A DNA stretch of 63,167 bases, filler included, from Octopus bimaculoides (Eukaryota): assembly GCF_001194135.2 (NCBI RefSeq). It is 5 parts of 3 records of this genome, joined end to end, with 100 filler letters (N's around TTAATTAATTAA, not from the genome) between each part and the next. Parts side by side here need not be neighbours in the genome. Positions count along the whole stretch, not along the records: positions 20,092 to 33,697 come from NC_068996.1; positions 33,798 to 46,800 come from NC_068989.1; 3 more parts are not named here. One strand, 5' to 3'. Positions 24,681 through 36,854 of this stretch are shown here, piece by piece. Made by a program: the position numbers and the translations under genes. The notes beneath the pieces were generated by a model, which was not told the origin of the DNA, ran no database searches, and worked only from the letters and a program-made list of their open reading frames with translations. Position 1 is the stretch's first letter, and each line of letters opens with the position of its first letter.

Positions 24681-25644
24681 TGAGTGGTGGTGGTGTATCG
24701 TCAACGACGATGTTACACATATGCAAAATCACCAGATAAATACAATCATTCATGTTCAATTATTCATTAAAAGATAAATCCCGATATAAGATATATTACC
24801 AAAACTATTAGTTGTTCCTTTTCAGTAACTCACATTTAGTAATTTTAATTTAAAAAATTAATATCTTGTAGGAAGGGTAATATGCTTAAAATTGTTTAAA
24901 TTTTCCGAAAAAGTAAAATTTATAATATTCTGTAAACTTCGTAGCTGTGTGCAATCATTTCAGGAAAAGAATTTTCACTTGACACTTGATTCGTTTTAAT
25001 TAATAGCTTCTGCATCTTTGTTAGATTAAATTTACAGTAATGTTTATTTAGAGGAGAAAATATGCAAATTTATTTATAATAATTTTTTTCCGCCGTGAAA
25101 AGAGTTACAAATTTGTCCAAAGATATGGGTCACGCTAACCCATTTATTAATTTGATAAGTTTTTGTTATAGCTGAGCGCACCATAACAAACTTTTGTCCT
25201 TTCTCTCTGACTTTAAANNNNNNNNNNCCTTTCTCTCTGACTTTAAATTAATTTCTTTATCAATAACTACTTCAAGGGAAGCATTTAAAAGGTATTTGTG
25301 AGGGTTTTTTTTTTTTTTTTTAGAATTTTATTTCAGATAATATAAAACAATTCCTTTATATTCGGAAATTTAGTTATTTAGTTGTATCAAATTATTAACA
25401 CTCTATAACTAAATTGTAACATTAAAAAAAAGTGTTTTTAAAAATTCTCCCTTAATTTTTTGATTCTGAAAGCACGATTCCAAAGCAAATTAAATTTTCA
25501 AAGTTTGATAGACAACAAGATATCACATTCTGATATATATAATGAAAATAAAGCGGGTAAAATTGTTCAAAGCAATATTTTTATTCAAAATAGGACAATG
25601 AGGCCTTATTTTTTTTAGCAATTTTTTCAGTTACTCAGTAAAGA

Positions 25645-25855
25645 CCGGCAATTGGCAGGAAGAGCAGAGTTTAAATAAATGTCTAAGAATATTGAATTTT
25701 ATTGATCTGGGTTCAAATTACGTCGAGATCGCACTTTGCCTTTCATTCTTTCAGGGGCGAAAAAAATAAGTACCAGTTGAGCACTGAGGTCGATGTAATT
25801 GACTGACTCGCTCCTTTGGTATTGCTAGCTTTTCACCAATATTTGAAACCATTAA
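25645..25855 (+). mobile_element. SINE family C
   Basis: CTTTGCCTTTCATTCTTTCAGGGG...AATAAGTACCAGTTGAGCACTG.GGTCGATGTAAT body. Confidence 0.7.
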
Positions 25856-27139
25856 ATTTTAATTCCACCAAAGTACGATTGCCTTTAATGGGAGTGGAAA
25901 TAACAGGGTAAAAATGCTACACTTCATTTAAATACCGTAAGTAATAAAGTAAATAAATGATATTTTAAGATATATTTGACTTCGGACAAAATGATAACTC
26001 AATTACATTTGCAACTGGGGTGGAGTGGAGAAGATCACAGTATATATGTCTATGTGTGCGTATGAGAGTGTGTAGACGCACGTGCGTGTGTGTATGTAAT
26101 GTAACAATATCATGGGATAAGTTTTTCCAGTTAATTTTTTTTTCCGGATTTTATCTTTCCTGTAACTTTTTTCAATGACTTATCAAAAGACATTTTAGAC
26201 TTTCCTGTGACTTTTCAGTGATTTTCTGTGGCTTATTTCTTTTATACTTTTTCCAATTTTTTTTCTTTATGGTTGTTTTGATTTTTTCTATGACCTTACC
26301 CATGTAAGCTTTTTTCCTCTCATGTTGTTTACCTAAAATTTAATATAATAAATTCAATAGAAATTTTATTCTTTCCCACAAAAATATTTTCTGAAACAAA
26401 ATTATTTCATTTTCTAAAGTAAAGATTTAATGAATGGTCAAATTCTCTGATAAAAATTAATATTGTCAGAAGTTAGATTTCCACAAGATTGGCAGAAATA
26501 TGAAATTGATTCAGTTTTCTCTTAACAGTAAGTTAAAAAAAAATGCAGGGAAAATGCAAGTTGGAATGGAGTTCCAAAGGTTCGATAGTTGAATTGGGAG
26601 AAGACTGGTTGATGGATGAGAGTAGGATGAAAGTTAGAAAGACGTCAGGTAGGACCTGAAGAGCAGAGGATAATGTAGTTGAAGAATAGGAGACAGTGTA
26701 TGTATAGGATAGTCTGTAGTGCATTTGTGGGTCTCTTTATTAATGAGCACTTTGCTAACTAGTTTAGAGGAATATAGGATGTTGGTGAGTGAGTCAACAA
26801 TGTGGCACACAACTAGTTACTTCAGAGGAACAGGGGAAGTTAGCAGTGGAATTGACAGAACGAGGAGCAGACTGCATGGGAAAAAAGTCTGTTGTGTGTT
26901 ACATAGTTATCTCTAACTTGTGTGTGTGTGTGTGTGTATACACATTCTGCAAATAGCAGATAAATGTAATTTGTATGCAAGAAATTAATAATGTGTACAT
27001 GAAAGAATAATTATCTGAAATATAGTAATTAATTATTATACTTATTTGGTGTCAAATATAGCCATTAAGTGTCACATATTCTTTTGTTACTGAAACATGT
27101 TTACACAACACAAAATTATAGTATACACTGACAGCAAAA

Positions 27140-27358
27140 TATTGGTTTCAAATTTTGGCACAAGGCCAGCAATTTTGGGGTAGATGGTAAGCTGATTACA
27201 TTGACTGCCAGTTTTCAACTGGTATTTATTTTATCAACCCTGGAAGGGGGAAAGGCAAAGTCAGCCTTGACAGAATTTGAACTCAGGACATAAAGGCAAA
27301 TGAAATGCCACTAAGCATTTTGCCCTGCGTGCTAGCTATTCTATTTGCTCACCGCCTT
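27140..27358 (-). mobile_element. SINE family C (CpG-decayed copy)
   Basis: Reverse complement of the family body with most CpGs converted to TpG/CpA. Confidence 0.75.
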
Positions 27359-27439
27359 ACTGACAACAAAATATTAGAAGGAATATCAGTGTGTTGGCAA
27401 ATTAATGTTTGGCAATCAGACAGATGGTTCTCTTTTGGA

Positions 27440-27700
27440 CATCATCATTATCACCACCACCATCATTACTACTATCAGTATTGCTGCTACTATCATTATC
27501 ATCTTTTAATATCCATCTTGTTTGCTGGCATGAGTTAGATGTTTTGACAAGATTTGATATTCCAGGGGCTGCATCATGCTCCAGTGTCTGCTTTGGCATG
27601 GTTGGATGACATTCCTAACACTAACCACTCTACAGAGAGTAATGGAAGCTTTCTTTTTTTTTTTCTGTTGCAGCAACACGGATGAGATCTCAATTCAGCT
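27440..27700 (-). mobile_element. Repeat family D (RTE-tail-like)
   Basis: CAT-rich tail, GCTGGCATGAGTT.GA and CTTTGGCATGGTT..GGATG.C.TTCCTAA, the reverse complement of the family consensus. Confidence 0.6.
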
Positions 27701-28039
27701 CACAAGATGAAGATCACTTTCAACTGAATGGAGACGGAGGTGCCTTTTTGCTATGAGATGAGAGCTTGAAATGAAACTGAAGATGCCAGAAGAGTAAAGG
27801 TTTCTTGATGTAGGGAAGCTACATGGTTACACAAATTATAGAAGGAAGGTAAGAATGAGAGTGATTGGGATGGAGTTGGAAAGAGATAAAAATAGTGGTG
27901 ATATGGTGTCAGGTGGACTCCACTCCCCAAGTACAAGGTAAATAGAAATGAGTGGGGAGAGAAGAACTGGGAGTGTGGGTGGGTAGAAATTGGCTGCTAT
28001 TTCTAGTAAGCTGAGTGAATATATGGAGGCTTCCTCATT

Positions 28040-28640
28040 AGTTTAAGAAGAGATTGTTAAGGACATTTTGCTTTGTCTTGTAAGTTACTTGGTAACCTCA
28101 CAAGTGCTGGTGCCACATAAAGAGTGTAGTAATGCCTGCGCATGCGTAGTCTTACGCATGCGTAGAATTAATAAAGCAAGCGTTTCCCCGCTCAATTCAT
28201 TCTTTTTCACGCTGGCCAGCGATTGAGCAAGGACGTGTGTTTAAAGCTGTCTCTACATCTTTCGGTCTTATACTCGACAGCTCGTTATTCTCACCTCTAA
28301 AGATGTATAACTAAAGATTTGTATGTTTTACCAAGTAAATAAATGTTGTTTAAGTTGTTTAATCTGGAGTTCAGCGTTCCGTCAATTTCTTCAATTTTAT
28401 AGTAGAAAGTCCACTTTAGTAGAAAGTCAGGTATACAATCTAAAGATGTATAACCCACTTTCTACTAAAAGAGTAAGCAGTACACTCTGTAAAGTGGTTG
28501 ACTTTAGCAAAGGTGTCCAGCCTTAGAAACAATGCCAAAGCAGACACTGGAACTTGATGCAGTCCTCCGGCTGGTTAGCTCTTGTCAAGTTGTCAAACCC
28601 ATGCCAGCATGGAAAACAGATGTTAAATGATTTATGATGA
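28040..28640 (+). mobile_element. Repeat family D interrupted by an LTR-like insertion
   Basis: GTGCTGGTGCCACATAAAGAG [insert] TAAGCAGTACACTCTGTAAAGTGGTTG...CATGGAAAACAGATGTTAAATGAT. Confidence 0.7.
28125..28467 (+). mobile_element. Candidate solo LTR (TG start, AATAAA, possible 6-bp TSD AAAGAG)
   Basis: Starts TGTAGT. AAAGAG flanks both sides (28119-28124 and 28468-28473). AATAAA lies at about 28337. A second family end lies at 20092-20127. The 3' end CTACTA is not a perfect CA. Confidence 0.55.
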
Positions 28641-29989
28641 ACCTTGGCTATCCCTTCTCTTTTGTATGTGCAGGGAACCATGGAACTTATTGTCCAATGT
28701 GTTATTTTCTAGAACAGTGTTGTGTGATTTCAGGGAGATTTGGCTGCTATTTCTAGTAAATTAAGTATCCATTTATAGTTTTTCTCATTGGATGAATAAG
28801 AAGTAATGCAGGAGCTGGTGATATGATACTTGCTGACATGGACAGAAATCACTGACATAGAATAAGAGATATTGCAGGGGGAATTCATATCCTGCTTATG
28901 GAGGACCAGTAACAGCAACATGCTACAAATTGCAGGTTTGGCTAATCAGTTGGATGGCCTAGATTTTAAAAATGTTTTAGAACATTTAAAATGTGTGTGT
29001 TTGTGGAACAACTGTTCTATCCCAGATGTATTATGCGATGTAGACGGACAACAATTGTTCAAAATGAAAGTGTATTATTCTAGATTTAAAGTGACATATG
29101 TAGCCTTGATTCTACAGAGATCAGAAAATCTGAGAGAAAAAAAGAGAAAAATAGAGATGGGTAAGTTTAGAGATGAGAGAGAGGTGAAGATTTTTCAGAC
29201 TCAGCTGTCTGTGGAGACTAGGCAAATATTTTGTCCTCTATTGGTGTGGGAGAAGTTTGGGGACCAAGTAGAGTTACTGAGAATGATGATTTTCAGAGAG
29301 AGAGAGAAGTTGCAATATGCAGTTAAGGCTAGAATGGACTGCCCTGGGTCATTGGAGGAATTTTAAGAATGAGACATTGAAGAAATCAGAGGTAAAATAT
29401 GATAATTGGTTTACTGGTTAACAGAAAGGAGTTGGCAGGTAGATTCAAGGTTAAGTAGAGAGAATTGTCTATCAGAATATTTCTTGTCACTTTACATCCA
29501 CAAAGTCTGGGCTTCAGACTCATTGTGTAGCACCTTTGGTAAGCGTCTTCTATTCTAGCTCAGTCAGACCCCAATCCTAGAAAGTCAACTGTTTGGCATA
29601 CTCCCTTGTTTGAGTTTTTCTTCCAGATGTTGATTCACAAAAGTTCAAGGGAAACATTAATGGCACCAGTCTCATTAGTCTCATAGAATCTCACTGATCT
29701 TGGAAGTTCTGCCCCATTTGCCAGACACGGCAAGTGAAGAAAAAGAACAGAAAAAAGAAAAGGATCATAAAGTCTTTAATCAACGAAGTTCTTCTTTGAT
29801 CAGTTGGGTGGATGAGAATGAGTGAGACTTATAAAAGAGTTTATAGAAGGTTTGTAATTTAAATGTCTTGTTAGGAAGATATATTGCTTGTAATATTTTA
29901 GATTATTACATTATTTTTTGAATATGAATAATAGATTTTGGATTGGAATACATCATAGAGTGAAACATTCAGTATGGTCTCATTGAGGT

Positions 29990-30200
29990 TCATCATCATC
30001 ATCATCATCATTATCATCATCATCACCATCATCATTTAACGTCTGTCTTCCATGTTGGCATGGGTTCAACAGTTTGACAAAGCTGGTCACCCTGGAGACT
30101 GTACCAAGCTCCACTGTCTGCTTTGGCATGGTTTTATGACTGGATACCCTTCCTAATGCCAACCACTTTACAAAGTAGTAGTTTCTCAATACAAAAAAAT
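29990..30200 (-). mobile_element. Repeat family D (RTE-tail-like)
   Basis: (CAT)n TTTAACGTCTGTCTTCCATGTTGGCATGGGTT...GGATACCCTTCCTAATGCCAACCACTTTAC. Confidence 0.8.
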
Positions 30201-30531
30201 ACCATTCCTAGTACCAGCACATTTTACAAAGCCAAACTATTCAATTCCAAACTTAAGTGTTATCCTGCTTCTTGCCTGCCGAAGCTTCAAGAGAGAAGCA
30301 GGGTGCTTAGAATGAGAAAGAGTACATGTAGGGTGTATGGGGTTGTAGAATGGTTGACAATAGGATTAAATTAGCGACAATGAAAGGATCCAATGAAAAA
30401 TAATAGTAATTTTTCTTTTTCTGTTCCTGATCTGAGTTTATTGTTAAAGGTTTACATGGAGCATTGTAGTTCTAAGTAAAGGAAACAACAGGATATTGTA
30501 GAGTTCTGTTAATAGTAGAAGAATGTGCATT

Positions 30532-30603
<72 letters not shown>

Positions 30604-32159
30604 AAGAGAGGCAGACAGACAGACAGAGAAAGAGGCTTGCCTAAAGTGCTGCACAGTAGGACTGAACTTGAAACCATGTGGTCTTAGGTTTTGTCCCATT
30701 GTATAACAGCTTGCACAAGTGTCTTCTGCAATAGCCCTGAGTAGATTTGCTGGATGGAAACTGAANNNNNNNNNNNNNNNNNNNNNNNNNNNNNNNNNNN
30801 NNNNNNNNNNNNNNNNNNNNNNNNNNNNNNNNNNNNNNNNNNNNNNNNNNNNNNNNNNNNNNNNNNNNNNNNNNNNNNNNNNNNNNNNNNNNNNNNNNNN
30901 NNNNNNNNNNNNNNNNNNNNNNNNNNNNNNNNNNNNNNNNNNNNNNNNNNNNNNNNNNNNNNNNNNNNNNNNNNNNNNNNNNNNNNNNNNNNNNNNNNNN
31001 NNNNNNNNNNNNNNNNNNNNNNNNNNNNNNNNNNNNNNNNNNNNNNNNNNNNNNNNNNNNNNNNNNNNNNNNNNNNNNNNNNNNNNNNNNNNNNNNNNNN
31101 NNNNNNNNNNNNNNNNNNNNNNNNNNNNNNNNNNNNNNNNNNNNNNNNNNNNNNNNNNNNNNNNNNNNNNNNNNNNNNNNNNNNNNNNNNNNNNNNNNNN
31201 NNNNNNNNNNNNNNNNNNNNNNNNNNNNNNNNNNNNNNNNNNNNNNNNNNNNNNNNNNNNNNNNNNNNNNNNNNNNNNNNNNNNNNNNNNNNNNNNNNNN
31301 NNNNNNNNNNNNNNNNNNNNNNNNNNNNNNNNNNNNNNNNNNNNNNNNNNNNNNNNNNNNNNNNNNNNNNNNNNNNNNNNNNNNNNNNNNNNNNNNNNNN
31401 NNNNNNNNNNNNNNNNNNNNNNNNNNNNNNNNNNNNNNNNNNNNNNNNNNNNNNNNNNNNNNNNNNNNNNNNNNNNNNNNNNNNNNNNNNNNNNNNNNNN
31501 NNNNNNNNNNNNNNNNNNNNNNNNNNNNNNNNNNNNNNNNNNNNNNNNNNNNNNNNNNNNNNNNNNNNNNNNNNNNNNNNNNNNNNNNNNNNNNNNNNNN
31601 NNNNNNNNNNNNNNNNNNNNNNNNNNNNNNNNNNNNNNNNNNNNNNNNNNNNNNNNNNNNNNNNNNATATATATATATATATATATAAAGAATGAGATCA
31701 AGAGACCAATGGCATAATTAAATCTATATTATATGTAGACTGTCTTAGCAAGAAGGAGTATAGTGAAAGTTTTTTGTGAAGGAATAGGAGTGTCTTTAAG
31801 GGAGAAGCCAAGGAATTCTTTATCCATTATTGAAGTGTTACCTGTTATAAGTGCTAATAATAGCAAATAATAAAGGTTATGAAGGGTAATGGAGTCAACC
31901 AGACCCTAAAGATACAAGTACTACTGAGTAAGTGGTGTATACCGACTAATTATGCCCCAGATGTGGTTGTAACATGAATGGTGAATATAACATGGGTCGT
32001 GTATTAGCGTGTGTATATCTATATATATATACACACAAACATACATACATAGGTATATATATGTATGTGTGTGTACATACATACACACTCACACACCTAG
32101 GCATCCCCTTAGACATGGTTTACATATATATACCATGGTAAATATATATATATATATAA

Positions 32160-32197
<38 letters not shown>

Positions 32198-32744
32198 CAT
32201 CTGATGCCTACAGTAAATATACCATGATATATGTGTGTGTGTGTATGTGTGTGTGTGTGTGTGTGTATGTGTGTGTGTGTGAGTTGACATGATATGATGG
32301 TTGTAAACTTGCATCATCATCATACAAATGAAGTTCTTTATTTCCAGTCTTCTGTGAAGAACATATCTAGTGAGGAGGAAATATTATCTTGCTTAGAAAC
32401 AGTTGAGAGTTGGCAACAGGAAGAGCATCTGGTCATAGAAAAGCTACCTCAATGAGTTCCATTTGAACTGTACAAGGATGGAACAGTAAATGTTAAATGG
32501 TAATGATGATGATGATGATGATGATGATGATGTGATGGTGGTGGTGATGAAGCCAGAATATACCAGCAAAAGTGGTGAGTGTGCTAAGGTTAGTATTGTT
32601 ACATCTTTTTACAAAACAGCATTTTCACAGTTGTGATTACTGAGATAGCCAAATGCAAGAATTTACTGGCCATCACATTTCACTGCTTATGTCCTGATAC
32701 TCAGACTGACTGTTAGTCAAGCTCTCTGCATCTTTTCTTTTCAG

Positions 32745-32798
32745 ATTTGGCCTCTTTTTACTGAGATCCAGGACAAATCTGAATGGATTGATCTGTAG
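32745..32798 (+). CDS. Candidate terminal coding exon of an unidentified host gene (IWPLFTEIQDKSEWIDL*)
   Basis: Strong acceptor TCTTTTCTTTTCAG, non-repetitive context, protein-like 17-codon frame ending in TAG, at the end of a CpG-depleted block. No homolog recognised and no upstream exon found. Confidence 0.25.
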   Translation: MWPLFTEIQDKSEWIDL

Positions 32799-33261
32799 TG
32801 ACATCATCACTCAAATATATGGAACATGTTTACATATAATTTCACTGGGTCACATTTTTGTTGATGTCATTACTTAATTTTAATGATTCTTTTACTGTAT
32901 ATGAAATTTTTGCCATTGGAAAACAAACAGTTCAGGTTCAAACTAGGACAGAAACTGACTACAAATGTACAGTAATGTGAAATGATATATATTCTATTAT
33001 TGCAGTAATAGAAGAGCCAAAAAGAGAAAAGTGGATGGCAATAAGCCAAAAACTGAAGAATTATTGTTTTATTTTTGTACTATAAAGGGTTCATTAGTCA
33101 AGGAAATAATTTGGTTTATTGTAGTTAACTAAATGAGGAAAGTAGGCACCAGTGTCTGTTCTAAAATTATATTTTCCTTTCTTTTGTTCATTTATTTTCT
33201 TGTTTCATTTTTCAGATATATGTATGTATGTATGTATGTATATAAATATCTGTATTATATA

Positions 33262-33342
<81 letters not shown>

Positions 33343-33343
<1 letters not shown>

Positions 33344-33697
33344 CATCATCATCGTTTAACGTCCGCTTTCCATGCTAGCATGGGTTGGACGATTTGACTG
33401 AGGACTGGTGAAACCGTATGGCAACACCAGGCTCCAATCTAATTTGGCAGAGTTTCTACAGCTGGATGCCCTTCCTAATGCCAACCACTCAGAGAGTGTA
33501 GTGGGTGCTTTTACGTGTCACTCACACAAAATCGGCCACGCTCGAAATGGTGTCTTTTATGTGCCACCTGCACAAGAGCCAGTCCAGGGGCACTGGCAAC
33601 AATCTTGCTCGAAAACCCTACAAAAGCCAGTCAGGCGGTACTGGCAACGGTCACGCTCAAGATGGTACATCTTATGTGCCACCCGCACAAGAGCCAG
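33343..33697 (-). mobile_element. Repeat family D, young CpG-intact copy with internal ~60-bp tandem units, cut by a gap
   Basis: CATCATCATCGTTTAACGTCCGCTTTCCATGCTAGCATGGG. The unit GTGCCACC.GCACAAGAGCCAG...CTGGCAAC is repeated. Confidence 0.85.
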
Positions 33698-33797
33698 NNN
33701 NNNNNNNNNNNNNNNNNNNNNNNNNNNNNNNNNNNNNNNNNTTAATTAATTAANNNNNNNNNNNNNNNNNNNNNNNNNNNNNNNNNNNNNNNNNNNN

Positions 33798-34123
33798 TGG
33801 GAAACGATGCGCCACCCACCCACCGACCATATTCACCGGACATTGCCCCATCTGATTATCATTTATTCTGCAGTCTTTAAAATCATTAGGACGGAAGAAA
33901 TATGAATTCTGTAGACGAGGTCAGAACAGTACTGGAAGAGTATTTTTCGTTACGGACAAGTGAATTCTGGAAGAGAGACCTTGCAAGTCTGCCAGATAGA
34001 TGGAAGAGCATTGTAGAAAATGAAGGAGAGTATATTTTAGATTAAAAAATGAATTTTGTTTATGTTAATCTTGAAAAATAAAAGAAGTATAAAAAAACCG
34101 CATTATTTATGGGATGACCCAAT
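33798..34123 (+). mobile_element. Mariner 3' half (YSPD motif, stop, 3' TIR), same family as 461-1320
   Basis: PYSPDIAPSDYHLFCSL*N...EEYFS...LPDRWKSIVENEGEYILD*. TIR AAAAAACCGCATTATTTATGGGATGACCCAAT. Confidence 0.9.
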
Positions 34124-34220
34124 GTATACATACAAACGCGCGCGCACGCGTGTGTAACTTTTAATGGAAAATACTTATATGCTGACGGTTGATTAAGCCC
34201 GGAAATAACCGAACGAGCGG

Positions 34221-34273
34221 TCCCTACTGAAGAGCCTACGGAAATAACCGAAACTGAACTTTCAGTATACGGA
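34221..34273 (+). ncRNA. Type I hammerhead-ribozyme-like motif (degenerate stem II)
   Basis: TCCCTA-CTGAAGA-GCCTACGGAAATAACC-GAAA-CTGAACTTTCAG-TA-TACGGA. Stem I pairs 5 of 6, stem III is a hairpin, stem II is imperfect. Confidence 0.5.
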
Positions 34274-35008
34274 ATTCTTGAATCGCTGTTTTTGGGCTAT
34301 CATAGCCCCATGAGTATATATGTATAGAATTATGTGTTTTTACTACTGCATTAAAGCATTTTAGCTCTTATTTCTAGCAGTGTAGGTGTTTGACACCCTT
34401 AGTCGCTTTTAGTGACAATTATATAATTCTTTTATGGTAACACATTCGCATGACTGTTTAATATATATATATATATANNNNNNNNNNNNNNNNNNNNNNN
34501 NNNNNNNNNNNNNNNNNNNNNNNNNNNNNNNNNNNNNNNNNNNNNNNNNTATATAGATAGATAGATAGATAGATACGAAACATATATAGATAGAAACATA
34601 TATATGGAATATAAAATTAGATTTATACGTCATGAGTCAGGGATGTAGTTTTGGCTTTGGCTAGGGTATAATATTTATGTCCTATATAATAGGTATTTCT
34701 TCCATTAAGAATCGTTTATATTTGCAAGGAATTCTATAGAGTATAAATGCATTGACAATTAATATTTTTCTGTTGACAATTGTGCTTATGTCATGTAGTT
34801 TAATGCATTTGCACTTCCTCTGTGTTATAAGAGCAGTATGAGTTGACGAAAGGATGCCATACTTGTATAGTCCAATACAACAAACTGGAATTATTAAAAT
34901 TACAACATTCATGTTTACAATCAAAACTATTGATATAGATCGTGCTAATACATCGGACATGTATACTTGCTTTTTCGCGGGTGCATAAGTTCGTTTTATT
35001 TATTCTGT

Positions 35009-35076
<68 letters not shown>

Positions 35077-35118
35077 NNNNNNNNNNCACACACCTACCTA
35101 CCTACCTACCTACCTACC

Positions 35119-35152
<34 letters not shown>

Positions 35153-35154
35153 CA

Positions 35155-36400
35155 TACCTGATGCACGAAAGGGACAGATATCAAAACCCGCAAAATACTG
35201 ACAACAACTGGGAACTTCAACGGAAGCAGTGATGTTGACAGGTTCTACCTAAGAAGAAATGAAGGTGGTAGAGACCTGAGGTCAATGCAGACGGCTTTCG
35301 AATGCCGTATTGTATCACTCAGGCAACATCTGCTACACAACAGCAACAAAAATAAATATATTAATGCAGTCCTGAAAAGTAAAGTGAACAACATTGTATG
35401 AGTGTGCAGTGAACTCCTTAAGAAGCACTCTCTTCCTGATGGTCTCCTATGCAACCTCCAAACAGCTGGGCTCTCTTACCTCAGAGAAGACCTGGATGGA
35501 AAGCACTTAGCATATAAAAAAAAAAGACCATGCATGGGAATGTTGCCCGGAAGCTTGAAGAAGAGAGTAGAATTGACACGAAGCGCAGCCTCTCTTCGAC
35601 ACAAGACTACTACATCACATCACACTTTGAAGGCTATGCCTTTGCAATCCAGGAACAAGTGATTGCCACAAAGTACCTCGTGAACAAGAGAAACAGTGAC
35701 GCTCTTGTAATCCCAAGGTGCAACCGCATGTGTACGCTGTATCATGCTTCAGTGAAAGGCATCGCGCATGTGACTAGCAGCTGTCCTAAAATGTCGCAGG
35801 ACTACCTCCCTATGCGGCACGATGTTGTTGATAAAACAATATACAATACCATCCACAAAAAAGACTGTCCTGAAATAAACTTAGAAAATCCCTCTGTTAT
35901 GGAATACATTCATAAACACTAACTCAAGGAATACTGGTGGAATATTCCCATCAAAACTTCTGTCAAATGTAAACATAACAGGTCGGATATTGTTGTTTGG
36001 GACAGAGGGGTAAAAGTATGTACCATCATAGAGGTTAGCTGCCCTGCAGATATAGATATCTCTTTGAAAATCAAAGGAAAAGAATATATCTATGGACAGC
36101 TGCTTCGGAACCTCCAGCTTCTATATTCAGACTATGAATTCATATTCATACCAATGATAATTGGAGCACTAGATTTTGTTAGTAAATGCTTAAAGGAGAA
36201 TTTGGATAAGCTGGGATTTTCAGAAAGAGAAATCAACCGACTGTTTCGTACATTACAAGTTCAACCTGTGAGTGGAACAGTAAAAATATGCAAGACTTTT
36301 CTCAAGTTCCAAATGTGAAATTGTCTGTGTTAACTACATCCCAAAGATGGAGACATGTATTTTTGTTGGAAACTGGCTTACTCCTCAATGGAAGATTTAT
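35155..36400 (+). mobile_element. 5'-truncated RLE non-LTR retrotransposon (R4/Dong-related), decayed
   Basis: Reads DVDRFYLRRNEGGRDL, MHG...FEGYAFAIQEQVIATKYL, C..C......IAHVTSSCP, RHD, YWWNIPIKT...KHNRSDIVVWD...CTIIEVSCP and FIPMIIGAL...KICKTFLKFQM*. Confidence 0.9.
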
Positions 36401-36854
36401 AATAATTAGAATATAGAAGAGACATACATACATACCTACATACACACACATATGTATGTATATNNNNNNNNNNNNNNNNNNNNNNNNNNNNNNNNNNNNN
36501 NNNNNNNNNNNNNNNNNNNNNNNNNNNNNNNNNNNNNNNNNNNNNNNNNNNNNNNNNNNNTATATATATATACAATTAAGCTTCAGTTGAATTAAGTACT
36601 TAAACTGAGACACCATGTTAGGTCAGAGTGACATGCACAACCAACGATATTAAGAGAATATCAAACTTGATGCCTAAGTGCCGGCCACATGATATTCTTG
36701 CAGTGTATGTAGATAATAAGACAACTGAGTGAAGAAATCCGCTCTTAGCTATTCAGACATGTACTTTATATAAAAACTACTGTCTATAATATTTGCGATG
36801 CGCAAATTCCAGGATAGATGAATAAAATACAAGTGTTCATAATATACAAAAACA

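Noticed and set aside
27660-27740. Strong-looking splice acceptor and exon TRMRSQFSSQDEDHFQLNGDG
   Set aside because: The sequence aligns with the family D repeat, the poly-T is a repeat expansion, and the donor is weak.
28872-29366. 164-aa ORF
   Set aside because: No recognisable domain. It lies among decayed LINE-like sequence (CR1/L2-like VF.P...QKFKGNIN end at about 29600-29660).
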